Under the pieces are notes generated by a model. It was given only the letters and a program-made list of their open reading frames with translations, had not been told where the DNA came from and did no database searches. The position numbers were made by a program, and so were the translations under genes. A stretch of DNA of 64,000 bases. Source: Eledone cirrhosa. Taxonomy: Eukaryota. Positions 13,860 through 27,400 of the stretch are shown in pieces. The stretch is from NCBI GenBank assembly GCA_964016885.1, contig OZ024740.1, positions 138,632,001 to 138,696,000 on the forward strand. The letters are read 5' to 3'. The first letter of the stretch is position 1. Every line of letters begins with the position of its first letter.

Positions 13860-14037
13860 GACCGACAAATAGACAAACAAACAGATCGATAGATAGATAG
13901 ATAAATAGAAAATCAGACAGATAGACAGATAGGTAGATAGATAGGTAGACAGACAGGCAGACAGATAGACAGATAGACAGATAGATAGACAGACAGATAG
14001 ATAGACAGGCAGACAGACATACATAGATAGATAGATA
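13860..14037. repeat. Degenerate (GATA/GACA)n tract, the tail/target of the adjacent Tx1 copy
   Basis: Reads (TATC)n on the minus strand directly after the element's 3' end. Confidence 0.85.
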
Positions 14038-14813
14038 TCTTTCTTTATTTGCCACAAGGGCGTACAAGAAACGGGATATTACAAGACTTGATGGCGGAGG
14101 TTTACATAAATATTATGTATACTTTAACATTAATAAATCAAAATAAACTTATATATTAAAATAAAATAACAATCAAAATCCCTAATAGGGGTGGGTGGTG
14201 GTGGTGGTACTGCGGGTTTGTTTCACACCCCGTAGATAGAACAACCCTCAACACCAGGAGCACGTTTTTTAGGTGTTCCCGTCTTTCCTCTTTTGTCTTC
14301 CTCAACCTACAGGTTTATATACAGAGAAGGCCATTTTCGCCACATTCACCCACCTTTCAGCAAACTTACTGGGGTGCAACACCTCTCTCTCTCCACTCTC
14401 ACCTTCCTTCTGAAGTGGTGTTTAAAGAAGGGGAGTTGTTGTCCGGAGAGGAAGGTGTTTTCCCTCAGTCCTTTTAGCCTCGTCCACCATTTCTTCTTTC
14501 GCCAGACAGAGGAAAACGGCCTTTCCTTCATTCTTAAATGAAGGCGGCGGGGTGATCCTCACGATGGATTCGGCTGACAACTGGATGTGTCCCACACATC
14601 CAGCAGCTGTTCGACATAATTTCACAGGTCGGTCACCCCTGGGCACTGAACAATTGCGTGCAGAACGGTTCCAATGTCCTGTTCGCATCTTGGACAGGTC
14701 CTTTTGGCAGGATCCCATCCCAGGCAGGGCGTCCGTGTCTGTAGATTTTTTCTCGAACTGGTAGAGCTCCTCTTTTGCACTGCCAGGCCAGAGACCTCTG
14801 GAAGTTATCCATG
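14038..14813 (-). mobile_element. Old 5'-truncated Tx1 copy of the (TATC)n-associated family
   Basis: MDNFQRSLAWQC, WWTRLKGLRENTFLSGQQL; stop CCTGTAG; 3' end CCCTTGTGGCAAATAAAGAAAG followed by ATATCTATC. Confidence 0.9.
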
Positions 14814-15169
14814 GAATAACATTTGAGTACCCTAAACACCTTGATTTTACATGTGGTATCTGTATCAATGTGTGTCACTCTGCAGGTGGACTAACACGGC
14901 ACCACAAAGCATGTCACGCCAATATGACTCTAGCAGGCGGGACATTTATCTCCACATTATATGGTATGACATTTAAGTCAATTTCTACTTTGATGAGCCA
15001 TAAAGATAACATGAACGACAGTAACAACAATGACACGTTCTTGCGACTGTCGTTATATATCTGTAGCATACTTGGCTTCCATTATTTGTACACATCCACA
15101 ACACAAACATATATATATATATATATATATATAAACACACATTTCTCTATATAAATATATAAATGTATA

Positions 15170-15226
<57 letters not shown>

Positions 15227-15405
15227 AATAATTGTGTTATATATGTTTAGCTTTATCTGTATATTTCTAAAGTCATAAGTTATCTTTAGCGTAAAAGCGA
15301 AGTCTTTTGAAGTTTTCTTTGAGATAGTCTTTAAATGAGTGAAGAATTACTTGACACTGACACCTTTCTTTTTGCGATTACATAAATGATAACTTGTATA
15401 TTTCT

Positions 15406-15480
<75 letters not shown>

Positions 15481-15577
15481 AGAGAACGAGAGAAAGAGAG
15501 AGAGAAGGAAAGATAAACACAGAGAGATATGTATATATATATATATTTAATTATGTAATAAACAACACAATATAATT

Positions 15578-15650
15578 ATTCCATTACCAAAGGTTTCACG
15601 AAGCTAGATGAATCTAACAGAAACGTCTGATATCGTTCATCAGAAGGAAT
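15578..15650 (-). ncRNA. Type I hammerhead ribozyme within palindrome 15544-15779
   Basis: ATTCCTT-CTGATGA-ACGA...TCGT-GAAA-CCTTTGG-TA-ATGGAAT. Confidence 0.7.
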
Positions 15651-15897
15651 CTTTATTTGGATATAAGATATGATTTCATATGATGAACGATATCAGAAGT
15701 TTCTGTTAGATTCATCTAGCTTCGTGAAACCTTTGGTAATGGAATAATTATATTGTGTTGTTTATTACATAATTAAATAGTTCTGTACTATATATAGAGC
15801 ACTCTTCTTTTCTTTACCTTTTCCCCGGAAATACTTAACACACACACATACACACATTTATATATATATGTATATATATATATATATATATATACAG

Positions 15898-15933
<36 letters not shown>

Positions 15934-15972
15934 ATATTAATAAATGGAAACTATATTTATAAAACCATATTT

Positions 15973-16036
15973 ATTTCATTATACATATTTCAAGAGCCAC
16001 CAAAGCAAACTATGGTGAGCTTTCATCAGATAAAAT
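15973..16036 (-). ncRNA. Type I hammerhead ribozyme
   Basis: ATTTTAT-CTGATGA-AAGCTCACCATAG..CTTTGGTGGCTCTT-GAAA-TATGTA-TA-ATGAAAT. Confidence 0.65.
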
Positions 16037-16309
16037 ATAATATACGTTAGTTTTATAAATAAATATTGACATACCCATAACAAATGCAATCATTGTGGTT
16101 GGAATCTCCTGGATAGTCATATATCTAACAGAAACGTTTGATATCGTTCATCAGAAGGAATCTTTATTTGGATATAAGATATGATTTCAAGGAATCTTTG
16201 TATATATATATATACACAGAGGTATCCACTGTAAGTTGTGGGGTCTATTCTGTATGAAGAACTCAATATATATATATATATATATATATGTGTATGTGTG
16301 TGTGTATAA

Positions 16310-16380
<71 letters not shown>

Positions 16381-16702
16381 AATAAAATTATAATATAAGA
16401 TAATATAAAAAAATATGACGTAAACTAAGTGTATAATTGTATATGCATATGCTCGTCAGAAACACCACCTCATATCCAGGGAACATCTATAGAGAAATAT
16501 CTATGCGCGCGTGTGTGTGTGTGTATCATTGTGTGTGTGTGTGTCATTGTGTGTGTGTGTGCGCCTGCGTGTGTGTATTTTTTTCGTGTATCACTTCTCT
16601 TCGTTTTATATTACCACTCTGATATTGAATATATTCTATTTCAGTTAGTGTTTTGCTAAACTTTGCATGAAGAAATATTCTAGTTATGCTTGTGAATATT
16701 GC

Positions 16703-16813
<111 letters not shown>

Positions 16814-17559
16814 TAGTTTGACTGAGTGTGTGTGTGTGTGTTCCTGTCTGTTTGTGTTTGTGGTGTATGTGTGTATATGTAGAAATACTATACATACTTA
16901 TTACATACATACATAGGTATCCATGCATACACACCATAGCCGGCATTCTATTAATATAAATGTTATAATATAGACATTCCGCTAAAAATAACAACATCAA
17001 TCGGAGACATTAGCTGAAATATTCCAAGCAGTCATACTATTACGGCTTCATTTCCGCCAGGTTTAAGTCTTGAATCTACTTTGCTTTTTGTTTCATTGAA
17101 ATAATGTAAAACAGTTCAGTTGGAATTTATCCTTTATTTATGTTTTAATAATTATATTTGATTCATAAAATAAAGCACAAAATCACTTTCTTTCATATGA
17201 TGAAAGCATTTTTTCTCTTGGATGACCAACTGGTTCGTCCCCATCAATTTATCTATAAGAATCTAAGACTGGGTTTTTTACATAGCCATTGTAAGTAATA
17301 CGTTTGCGTTTTTCTTTTTATGATATACACTAGATACTTATATAGAGATAGAAAAGAGGAATATCATATTCAAGTGTATCACGATATGAGCGATGTACTG
17401 TGTTGAATCAGTTTCAAGAAGGATTTAAAATCGTTTCCTCCGCGAGAGAGATAAGTACTTACCAAGAAAAGCTTGTCACTATATGATTTATATTAATCGT
17501 AAACTTTTTTTTTTTAAATATATATATTAGACTACTATAGTTAGCTATGTAAGTGATAT

Positions 17560-18610
17560 TATTATATGTTATAATCATCTGCAACTGTCAGTTTTGGAGA
17601 AAGTGTGGTTTGTCTGTTGAATCTTCATTGATCTGTCTTCTGCTGTTCTTATTAACTGTTGAATATTGAATCTTGTTATCCCCATTAAGCTATCAACCCA
17701 GTGTGTTTTCTAATTCTTCTTGGTTTTATTGCATGAGCATTTTCAACGGCCAACAGATTTTGTAGACCATCTGCCTTTATGTTATTCTTCCACTCAATTC
17801 CACTTTTTATTCAATCCAGCTAATTCTAAGCATTTTTTCTATAAGATCAAACCTAGAAACTTTATTTTTGTCTTTTTAAAGAATCCAGCCAGCATTCAGA
17901 TACATATGTTGTTATTGGAAATATCAAAGTATGCCGCAATTTCTACTTGGTCATTTTACTTATTGATGGATATTGCAGCTTAAAGAGATAGCCTTATATT
18001 TTGCTACTGTAATTCTTCTTTTTATCTCTTTGTTGTCATCACATTCATTTATAGTAATACTTCCAAGATAGCCAAACTTATAAACCACTTTGACAGTTTG
18101 ATTATAAATTTATTATAGGATTATTTTGATCATACGTTTCTGATATAATCATTGATTTGTTTCGTTAAAATTAATGAATAAATCATATTCTACACTTTCT
18201 TCAAACAATACTTCTAAACTATCAGCAATAAGGACAGTGTCATCGGCATATCTCAGATTGGTGTCCATTCTACCACTGATTTTAAGTGTACCTTCAAAAT
18301 CTTCAAAAGTTTTCCTCCATTACACATATATAAGTTTTGACAGTTGCCGTTTGTTGAAAATAGAATGATCTTAATAATTCCGGAAGATACTGAAGAAATA
18401 CCATTTCTGCTATCAATGACTATAATTTGTCATGAATAAATGGGTCAAAAGCTTTTCGAAAGTCAATAAAAGCAATAAATAATACTTCACCATGTTGTCT
18501 AGCTTTCTGAATAATATCTTTAGCTGAAGAATGGCCTCATTTATTTCTTTACCAGTTCAAAATCCAGTTCGCCCTTCCGCGATTGCTATTTCATATTTGA
18601 CCTTTATATA
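17560..18610 (-). pseudogene. Decayed RTE-like reverse transcriptase
   Basis: Minus-strand FIAFIDFRKAFD, NLRYADDTV and FGYLGS motifs with stops and frameshifts. Confidence 0.8.
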
Positions 18611-18710
18611 TTTATAGCAAGGGCTCCGGTTTTGGATAACAGCGAGATGTCTGCCCTGTGCTATATACTAGATATCCTCTCTGATGCATTTCACGATATA
18701 TATATATATA

Positions 18711-19316
18711 ATGGCTGCCCCCTCGTTATCGAGTATGGCACGATATACCATTATTAATAATTATTAATTAATTCTATCGTGCAATGCCTATGCGTGAAGA
18801 TATTTTTTAAAGTGAGGAAAGACTGTGCACTGAGCCAATCCCACTCTCTGAGCGACAGTAGCTATAACTCGAAAAGAAGAAAAGCTCAACATCATCGGTA
18901 ACTACTGAGCCGCAGATTTTATATCGGAGTTATCCCAGTTTCCTGAGTTGCCACCTCCTAGAAGAATGCCATGACAAAGGCTAGGGGTCCTGCACTCTCA
19001 GTGGTTTAACCGCACGATCGGGTGTCCAGCCCGACTATGTCTCGCGCATATACATGCACCCATATATATACACTATTATATATATATACACATGTACATG
19101 TGTATATACATATTTACACACTTTTAGATGGCTGTTGACTCTTATGAGTTCTTCCACCCTTTGTCAGGTTTTGTTTTTTGTCATGCAGGTTGTCCAAAAT
19201 CACCCTCCTCACCAAGTAAACTTGGTGGGGTTGCCGGTTTAGTCGCCGACGACCCGACCATGCGACAGGTTGAACTGGGTTACATGTTACCAGTAGCACT
19301 CAAGAGTGACCCGACA
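18711..19316 (-). mobile_element. Non-autonomous RTE-derived retroposon (5'UTR-like body + RTE-like 3' tail)
   Basis: Highly similar reverse complement of 58895-59438; CTTCTAGGAG..GGCAACTC motif; ends GATAACGAGGGGGCAGCCAT. Confidence 0.65.
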
Positions 19317-19837
19317 TAATATATATATATATGTGTGTGTGTGTATGTGTGTGTGTATACATGTATACATACACATACATACATGCATACATAGATACTG
19401 GATCGTCAAGTATGAAATATGTAGAAATTTGGGTTTTTTTCTACACATTTCTACAAATTTCACACTTGACGACTCAATACATACATACAAGCCTTCATAC
19501 ATATATTTGTAACACAGTGGACTTTGCTAAAGGCGCCACAAGGCCAAGTGGTGGCGTTGACCCGGGTGTCAGATTAATTCAGCCACCACCCGTAGGCCAA
19601 TGCAGAATGTAAACCAAAAGAACTGGAACAAATCCTGGGAATGCGAACTTTCACTGTTCTTTTTCCAATGTGGGACGAGTACATGACAATGCGGAAAAAC
19701 AAACACAGATTTAGCCCTTAAGGGTTTCTGGTAGAGCTAAACTACCCAAAAGGTTGAAAAAAAGAGGAAATAGAACAAACTTACACAAGCGACGTAAACC
19801 ACATCTTGAAAGACCGAACAACAAAGATAATAATTAT

Positions 19838-20377
19838 AATTGTTTCTACATTTGGCACAAGGCCATCAATTACCCAGTACATTACTGGTACTTTATTTTA
19901 TCGACCCCGTAAGGAAGAAAGGCAAAGTTAACCTCGGCGGGATTTGAACTCAGATCGTAAAGGGACGTAACACAGATAATAATTATAATTGTTTCTACTT
20001 TTAGTACAAGGCCAGCAATTATCCCAGTGTATTACTGGTACTTTATTTTATCGACCCCGTAAGGATGAAAGGCAAAGTTAACCTCGGTGGGATTTGAACT
20101 CAGACCATAAAGGGCCGTAACTCTTTGCTGCAAAGCATGGTGTCAGACCCTCTACCGATACTGCCAATCCACCACCGTAATAATTATAATTGTTTCTACT
20201 TTAGGCACAAGGCCAGCAATTACCCAGTGCATTACTGGTACTTTATTTTATCGACCCCGTAAGGATGAAAGGCAAAGTCAACCTCGGCGGGATTCGAACT
20301 CAGATCGTAAAGGGACGTAACTATGCTGCAAAGCATGGCGTCCGACCCTCTACCGATACTGCCAATCCACCACCGTA
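19838..20377 (-). mobile_element. Array of three Nin-domain SINE copies
   Basis: Three repeats of TACTGGTACTTTATTTTATCGACCCCGTAAGGATGAAAGGCAAAG with ATTATA spacers. Confidence 0.85.
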
Positions 20378-20505
20378 ATAATTATAATGATTATAATTAA
20401 GAAGCGGAAAAAACATGACTGGGAAGTAAACATATGATATTAATTAGATTAGTAACAATTGCACCATGATAGAAGTACATCAGCATATATATGCATACAT
20501 ACACT

Positions 20506-20551
<46 letters not shown>

Positions 20552-20576
20552 GATCTGTGTGTGTGTGTGTTGTGTA

Positions 20577-20630
<54 letters not shown>

Positions 20631-21530
20631 CACACACACAGACATACACGTACTGTACACATCCGGTATTCAGATTAATGTTGTGAGTTTCTGTGATAAA
20701 GCTGTTAGTAATAAGACAGACGTTCATGGGGTGGGGAAGATGTCGTGTAAGATGGCAGAGCAGCATGAGTGGATGATAGGCGAGGTGGTGGGGAAATATA
20801 CTACGGAGAGGTAAGGAAGGAAGAAAGAAAGATAAATCAAGGAAGATGTGAGAAAAGAGAAATGAAAGAAAAAAGTTAGAGAGAGAGAGATAGAGAGAGA
20901 GAGAAAAAGAAATAAAGAAAGAGAGGGTGGTGGTGGTGATGGGGTGAAGATGAAAAAGTAAAGTCGAAAAAATAAATAAAATAGTCTACAAAAAACAAAA
21001 CAAAAAAAAACGAGAGAGAACTGCAAAGAGAGATGTTGAGCTGTTATTATTTGGCAGCGTTATTTGGAAACTAAAGCAATTATATAGTGGTAGTCGTTTT
21101 GCCCATTTGCATGATACATGGAACCTGAAACTTCTGTTGGGGTCGCAATGATACAGTGGTGATATACAGCGTGTTGTGGGTATTTAAAACTAGAGGAGGG
21201 CATCTCGCTCTAGGTCCGATATACAGCCGATTTTTTTCAGAGTAAAAGGAGAGGGAGATAGAGAGAGAGGAAGAGTAGGGGGAGAGAAGAAGGGAGAGTA
21301 ACAATGAAACTCAGTACTGAATTTGTACTTAATACGTTGATTTCGAAAAGCAAAGTTGACCACGGCAGTATTTGAACTCAGAATGCAGAATCCTTGGAAT
21401 ATTAAGATGTAAACAAAACAAAGCTTACGCGCATAGAATTAAATGTACATTTAAGTTGTACAGTGCATCGCGAAAAGGCTCAGTTAGCCCCGATGACAAC
21501 GGTATACACAGAGACACACGCGGTTCCTCT

Positions 21531-21606
<76 letters not shown>

Positions 21607-21926
21607 TGTGTGTGTGTGTGTGTGTGTACACACACACGCACACACACATATGTATGGATGTATGATGTGTGTGTGTATTTGTATATTTAGCGATATACGG
21701 TATGTTTATGAATAAATATTAGAAAGCTTTAGCTATGAATTTTGGAAGCGGATAGCTAACGCCATCAGGTGGATTCCAGCAAAAGCAAGGGCGGGTAATC
21801 TGTTTCTGCCTAATGGTCGTTATCAAGACAGTGCTCTCTCTTCCTGATCTCCGCTGGAATCCAATGTAGGGAAACACACAGTTTATATATGTAAAGAGTT
21901 ATGTCGGAGCGAACATTTTAATTATA

Positions 21927-21965
<39 letters not shown>

Positions 21966-21966
21966 G

Positions 21967-22048
<82 letters not shown>

Positions 22049-22193
22049 TTACGAATATCAATAATAATTTTACGAAAATCAATAATAATATTCGATTCGT
22101 TTGCAGTTATGGAAACAGCCTCCATGTCAGTAGAATATATATATATGCATGTATGTATGTGAAAATTGCAAACTTGACTGTAACCACAGAATA

Positions 22194-22232
22194 TGAACCT
22201 GAAGATTGCGAAAGCATGAAAGTAGTTGTTCA
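22194..22232 (+). ncRNA. Very compact hammerhead motif
   Basis: TGAAC-CTGAAGA-TTGCGAAAGCAT-GAAA-GTAG-TT-GTTCA; stem III is imperfect. Confidence 0.55.
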
Positions 22233-22382
22233 ATTAACACTTAACATTTAATATTCTACCATACTATTTCATTCTAATACCATTACACATTTTAAAGGAT
22301 TGTAAATAAAACGAGTAAATCAGACAAAGTTGGAATTCCTTTTATTAATATAATCTTCTATACACAATCATACACACCCGTG

Positions 22383-22417
<35 letters not shown>
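22383..22417 (+). repeat. (TATC)n tract upstream of the Tx1 array
   Basis: Seen directly; further tracts at 28145-28199, 30039-30074, 32167-32261 and 38082-38132. Confidence 0.95.
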
Positions 22418-22636
22418 AGCACACAATCTGGGATGGACACACGCGTATAACTTGCTGAGTAAGTTCTGTTTAAATTTCTATAGAAATTCTTGTCTGATAA
22501 CTTTAATTTTTGTACCATTTTGTAGAGGGACTGCCAGGTCAAACTTTGATCTGGTCAGTCTCTCAAAATATTCTACGCCTTTAGGCGAAATAGTTAAAAA
22601 AAGTTTTTTCTTGTTGAAAAGTCAATATTTTTTTAA

Positions 22637-24418
22637 ATGGCCGAAGCTTCTTCACCAAAATTCGAAGGAGGAAAGGGGAAGATGAACTTACAGCTTCCCC
22701 CTGCCACTGTCACAGTAGCAGAGGTCAAGAAGATAGGTCAGCCAGAGGAAGAATTCTCTCCACCTGTTAACCGACAACTTGACGTTACCATGGCAACAAC
22801 CCAAAGAACCAACAGCAACAACAACAACAATGCGACGGTAGAAAACAACACCAATAACAATAACAATAACAACAACAAGACCAATAACGGTGACAACAAC
22901 AACAATGATAACAACAACACCACCAACGACAACAACAACACAAACAAACAAAATTTCTCCTTCGCCGAGACGACAAGGAAAACCCTCGACTATCTGCCAG
23001 TAGATATAACAAAAGCGAAGGAGCTACTGGCGGATGCGAAAAAATATATAGTGTACGGGGAAAATGGTTCATTCACAATCCATTCCCCCCCGGAACTAAA
23101 AAGCCAGAGACTCCTAAACACGGTCATGTTTAGGACAATCTCGAACAAAAGTAAAAAACCAGCTCAACCATCACAGAGCGAGATAGAGCTGGTTTTAAAA
23201 GACGTCATGAAGGACATCACCTTCATTCAGAAGGATAGACTCTACGGGAGTCTATCCATTCTCATGAAGGACAGGGACACAGCAGTGAAACTGTCCATCA
23301 AACCAATCACATCCACCGCATACACCTTCTACCCTACGTACATGGGTAGAAGAACACAAAAAATAAAAATCCACACCATCCTGCCGATTATGGACATATG
23401 GTGGGTTTTGACAGGTTTTCTGGACCTGGAGGATGACATGCTGGTGTCCATGGGAAAGGCATCGGGTGACGCGTTCAGTGGAACGAGCCTCGAACTTGTA
23501 GTTCAAATGAGGCCCGAAAGGATCGCCCAGATCCCTGAACGCGTCATACTGGATGATCTAACCTTCATCAACATTACCGTTGAGGGTAGACGGCCCTCGT
23601 GTTACCTCTGCGGAACCAGAGGTCACCTGAGGGCTGTCTGTCCCCAACTTAATAAGAAAACCCCAATCCTGCCTACACCACCAACAACTGCACAACCAAC
23701 ACAATCACCACAACAACCACTACAAAAACAACCACCACAGCTCAAACCAAAACAAAACAATGTCCAACCCATCCCCTCCACTCAAAAAACAAAAACAATT
23801 TCCAAAACACCCGTACCGCAAACACAACCCGAAAATATACCCCTCCCCTCCAACGCGGAAGATGACCCTAGTTCGTCGTCAGACGAGGAGGAGCACTTCC
23901 ACACAATCAAAAGAAAAAAAAGAAAACACACCTCAGACACACAAATGAAAAAAACCCCTCCCCAAAACATAACACTGACACCAACACAAAAGAGCTCACA
24001 ACAGCAAACAAAAAACACCACACAAAAACAAAAACATGCATACACATACATAAATACAAGAAACAAAAAACTGTTAAACATTGTGTACAACAACAATCTA
24101 ATAAAAACACAAGGGCCTAACTTCACCCAGGCAGGGGATTTCCCCCACCTCAAAATGATTAAGGCCCCACAGGACACCTATAAAACTTTAAAAAACAATT
24201 TTAAAGAGGACGTGGGTCCCCCCTGCGTCGGGCCCATTAACCGAGTCCTCCTAAAAAACTATCCCACCCCCTCCCCAAACACCCTCACAACTCCAAGCTC
24301 CCCAACCACACAACACACTGATGCCCCCACACTTCCACAAACCACCACCCCACCCAACAACCCATCCCCCACCCTAATGGAAATTGTGCAGCCCGATACC
24401 CGGGACGCAGAGAGGTAA
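22637..24418 (+). CDS. ORF1 nucleic-acid-binding protein, 593 aa, single CCHC zinc knuckle
   Basis: CYLCGTRGHLRAVC (CX2CX4HX4C); N-rich and P/T/Q-rich linkers; KRKKRK basic patch; homologous to 32666-34396. Confidence 0.9.
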   Translation: MAEASSPKFEGGKGKMNLQLPPATVTVAEVKKIGQPEEEFSPPVNRQLDVTMATTQRTNSNNNNNATVENNTNNNNNNNNKTNNGDNNNNDNNNTTNDNNNTNKQNFSFAETTRKTLDYLPVDITKAKELLADAKKYIVYGENGSFTIHSPPELKSQRLLNTVMFRTISNKSKKPAQPSQSEIELVLKDVMKDITFIQKDRLYGSLSILMKDRDTAVKLSIKPITSTAYTFYPTYMGRRTQKIKIHTILPIMDIWWVLTGFLDLEDDMLVSMGKASGDAFSGTSLELVVQMRPERIAQIPERVILDDLTFINITVEGRRPSCYLCGTRGHLRAVCPQLNKKTPILPTPPTTAQPTQSPQQPLQKQPPQLKPKQNNVQPIPSTQKTKTISKTPVPQTQPENIPLPSNAEDDPSSSSDEEEHFHTIKRKKRKHTSDTQMKKTPPQNITLTPTQKSSQQQTKNTTQKQKHAYTYINTRNKKLLNIVYNNNLIKTQGPNFTQAGDFPHLKMIKAPQDTYKTLKNNFKEDVGPPCVGPINRVLLKNYPTPSPNTLTTPSSPTTQHTDAPTLPQTTTPPNNPSPTLMEIVQPDTRDAER

Positions 24419-27400
24419 GTGCCTTTTCTCTTCACCACCAACATGGCTATGCTAAGAGTAGGCTGTTTAAATGCGCGTGGCCTGGGCTCAACTTGGAAGC
24501 AAGCAATGCTTCTAAATGACCTCAGGTCACAACGTATAGATGTGATGGTTATTTGCGAGGCCCGGATCAGCAACGTGCGACAGCTGGCCCCCACCTTTGA
24601 TGACTTTGAGATGCACGCATCTCTCTGTCAGCCTGGAGGTGGGGGTGGAGTTGTCGTTCTGCTGCAAAAACATCTGGGTCTCGCAACACAGATGGTACAT
24701 TTGGACCCGGAGGGTCGACTAGTGGTTCTGGACCTTGGCAGTGGTAAAGGCGGAGCGTTTAGGTTGGTAGCCGCCTACGGCCCTTTCGGGTCAATGCGGC
24801 CGGACTTCTTCCATCGTCTGGAGACTTTTCTAGGGACGTCCCGCTCCTTGCTATTAGTGGGGGACTGGAATGGTATCCTAGATGCACGTTGGGACTACGT
24901 AGGGGCCTGCCCCGATAGAGAGGGGTGTAATAGCCTCAAAGGGTTAATCGGTCGATTTGACCTGGCCGATAGATATCGACTAGATTTTCCGACTGCGCCA
25001 ACCTGGACTTGGGCAAATCGTAGCGGATCATCTAGGTCGTACCTAGATAGGTTCTTAGTTAGAATTAAGGATAAGGAATTTTTAAGTTGTCCAAAAATGC
25101 GCATTGTTGGCTATTCAGACCACAAATTAGTGACCTGCATGGTCAACCTTGACAGAACTCATAGACAGGGCCCCGGTTACTGGAAGCTCAACTTGTCCTT
25201 GCCGGCAAGTAGAGCCTACAGGAATCGGATTAGTACGTTAGTTAAGGAACGGTTGACTGGAGCGATCGTCAACAGCAGGTGGTGGGTATCTCTAAAGAGA
25301 GAGATTAGAGTAGTCTCGATAGAATTTAGTAAGGTTCTAGCTGCGGATAGGAATAGGAAGGAAAGGGAGCTAATAGATAGAGTAGAAGAGGCAATTAGAA
25401 GCGGCGACGTGGCCAGAGTGCTAGCGTCGAGAACGGCTTTGAGCCAGTTTTTCGACGCGAAGCACGAAGGCTGCGTTGTCCGAAGTAAAATACGTGCTCT
25501 AGGGAACGAGGGGACCAAAGCTGTTAGCTGGGCCCGCGTGACAGAGGCCAACAGTGGAACTAAATCCACCATCCGGTCTTTGCGAGACCTGGATGGACGG
25601 GCGATTCTTGAGCCTAAGCAGATGTGTGAGGCCTTTCAAAGGCACTTTGCCCGACTGTTCGGGAGGGGCGGGGAGCCGGTTGGGAACGTGGACTTCGGTC
25701 CATACCTCGACGGCCTGCCGCGCCTCTCGGACAGGGAGGCGAAGTCCTGCGAGGAGCCGATTTCGGCCGCTGAGATAGAGGACGTGCTGAGCCAATGCGG
25801 CAAACGCAAATCCCCGGGTCTCGATGGTCTTCCTTACGAATTATATCTAGCTATGCCGGACTTGTTCCCCGATCTCCTCGAGGCGGTCTACTGCAACTGG
25901 CGACAGAACGGGAGAATTCCCTGTACTGTGACCAAGGGCGTAGTCACGCTAGTGAGGAAGGACGAGAACAAGGGGGACGAAATAAGTAACTTCAGGCCCA
26001 TAACACTGCTAAATACAGAGTTACAGATTTTGGCCAAGGTGCTAGCAAAGAGGTTGGCGCTTGTCGTGGGCAACCTGGTGGGAGATGCGCAGACATGCGC
26101 TATCCCGTCCAGGTCCATCCATGACAACCTCCACCTCATGCGATACATCATAGAGAGGGTTGGGAACGAACCCGGCTTTGGTGGGGCTCTGATCAACTTG
26201 GATCAATCTAAGGCGTTCGATAGGGTCGACCATGGTTACCTGGATGCGGTGCTAGCGGCGGCAGGCTTCGGACCCGTTTTCAGGGGCTGGATCACTGCTA
26301 TGCACAGCAGCCGCATCTGCTCTAGGGTCAAGGTGAACGGCTACCTCTCGGAGCCGTTCAAAATCGCGCGGTCCATCCGACAAGGGTGCCCTCTCTCCTC
26401 CCTTCTGTATGTATTGACTCTCGAGCCACTACTGCGGAAGTTGGAGTTGTTGCAGGGCATCCCTTTGGAACCGGGATTGCGGAAAGCGGTGTCGGCCTAC
26501 GCCGATGACGTGACAGTAATGGTGTCGACGGCCTCCGAAATCGAGGCGGTCGGCACCTTACTGGAGGAGTACGAAAAGTTCACAGGGGCTAAGCTGAACC
26601 GGGACAAGTCGATCGGTTTGCAACTCGGCACGTGGAGGGGCAGACCGATGCCCTCCGATAGCGTCGTCGGACGCTGGACGGAGGGCCCGGTAAAGTTGCT
26701 CGGGGTCTGGTTCGGACCGGACCTCCAGGTGGAGAAAAACTGGGCGGAGGTTACGAACAGAGTGTTTGCACTGACCCAGAAGTGGGCCAGTTGCAAACTA
26801 TCCCTGAAAGGTCGGGCGGAGGTGGCGAACACCTACATAGCGTCCGTCATCTACTACCGCCTGACCGTAGTGCCCTGCCCAAGGGAAACCCTCACCAAGA
26901 TGGAGCGCGCGCTCTTCCAATTCCTTTGGAAGAGGCGGGCTCCTATGGTGAGGAGATCCATCTGCTGTCAACACCCTTCGAAAGGAGGGCTGGGGATGCC
27001 GTGGCTAATGATGCGTAAACACGCATTAAGGCTACGGCACCTCTACGTATTCCTCACCGGACAACCGGTGTGGGCCTCGTTTGTGAGACGAACCTTTCCC
27101 AGACTCGTCTCACTCACCGAGCTGCAATCCTGGGTCAAGCAAAGACCGAGAAAACTGGGCGCCTGGCACACTGAGTGTGCCCAGGCGCTCACCGCCCTCT
27201 GGCAGGCGGATCCGGTTATCAGTGGAGACTCCACCGCAACATTCTATAGAGGGCTGGTACGCAGCAGGTGCGACGACGCCCTCGGAGAAGCCCTAGACAT
27301 GGAGGAGGACGAACTGGCCAGCCTTTTCGGTAGGACATTTAGCCCGGGACCTATGGACAACTTCCAGAAGTCCCTGGCCTGGCAGTGCTACCGAGGGGCT

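Noticed and set aside
19225-19316. HDV-like or twister ribozyme at the 5' end of the RTE-derived element
   Set aside because: Local hairpins exist, but I could not build the full pseudoknot by eye; needs an Infernal or RNArobo scan.
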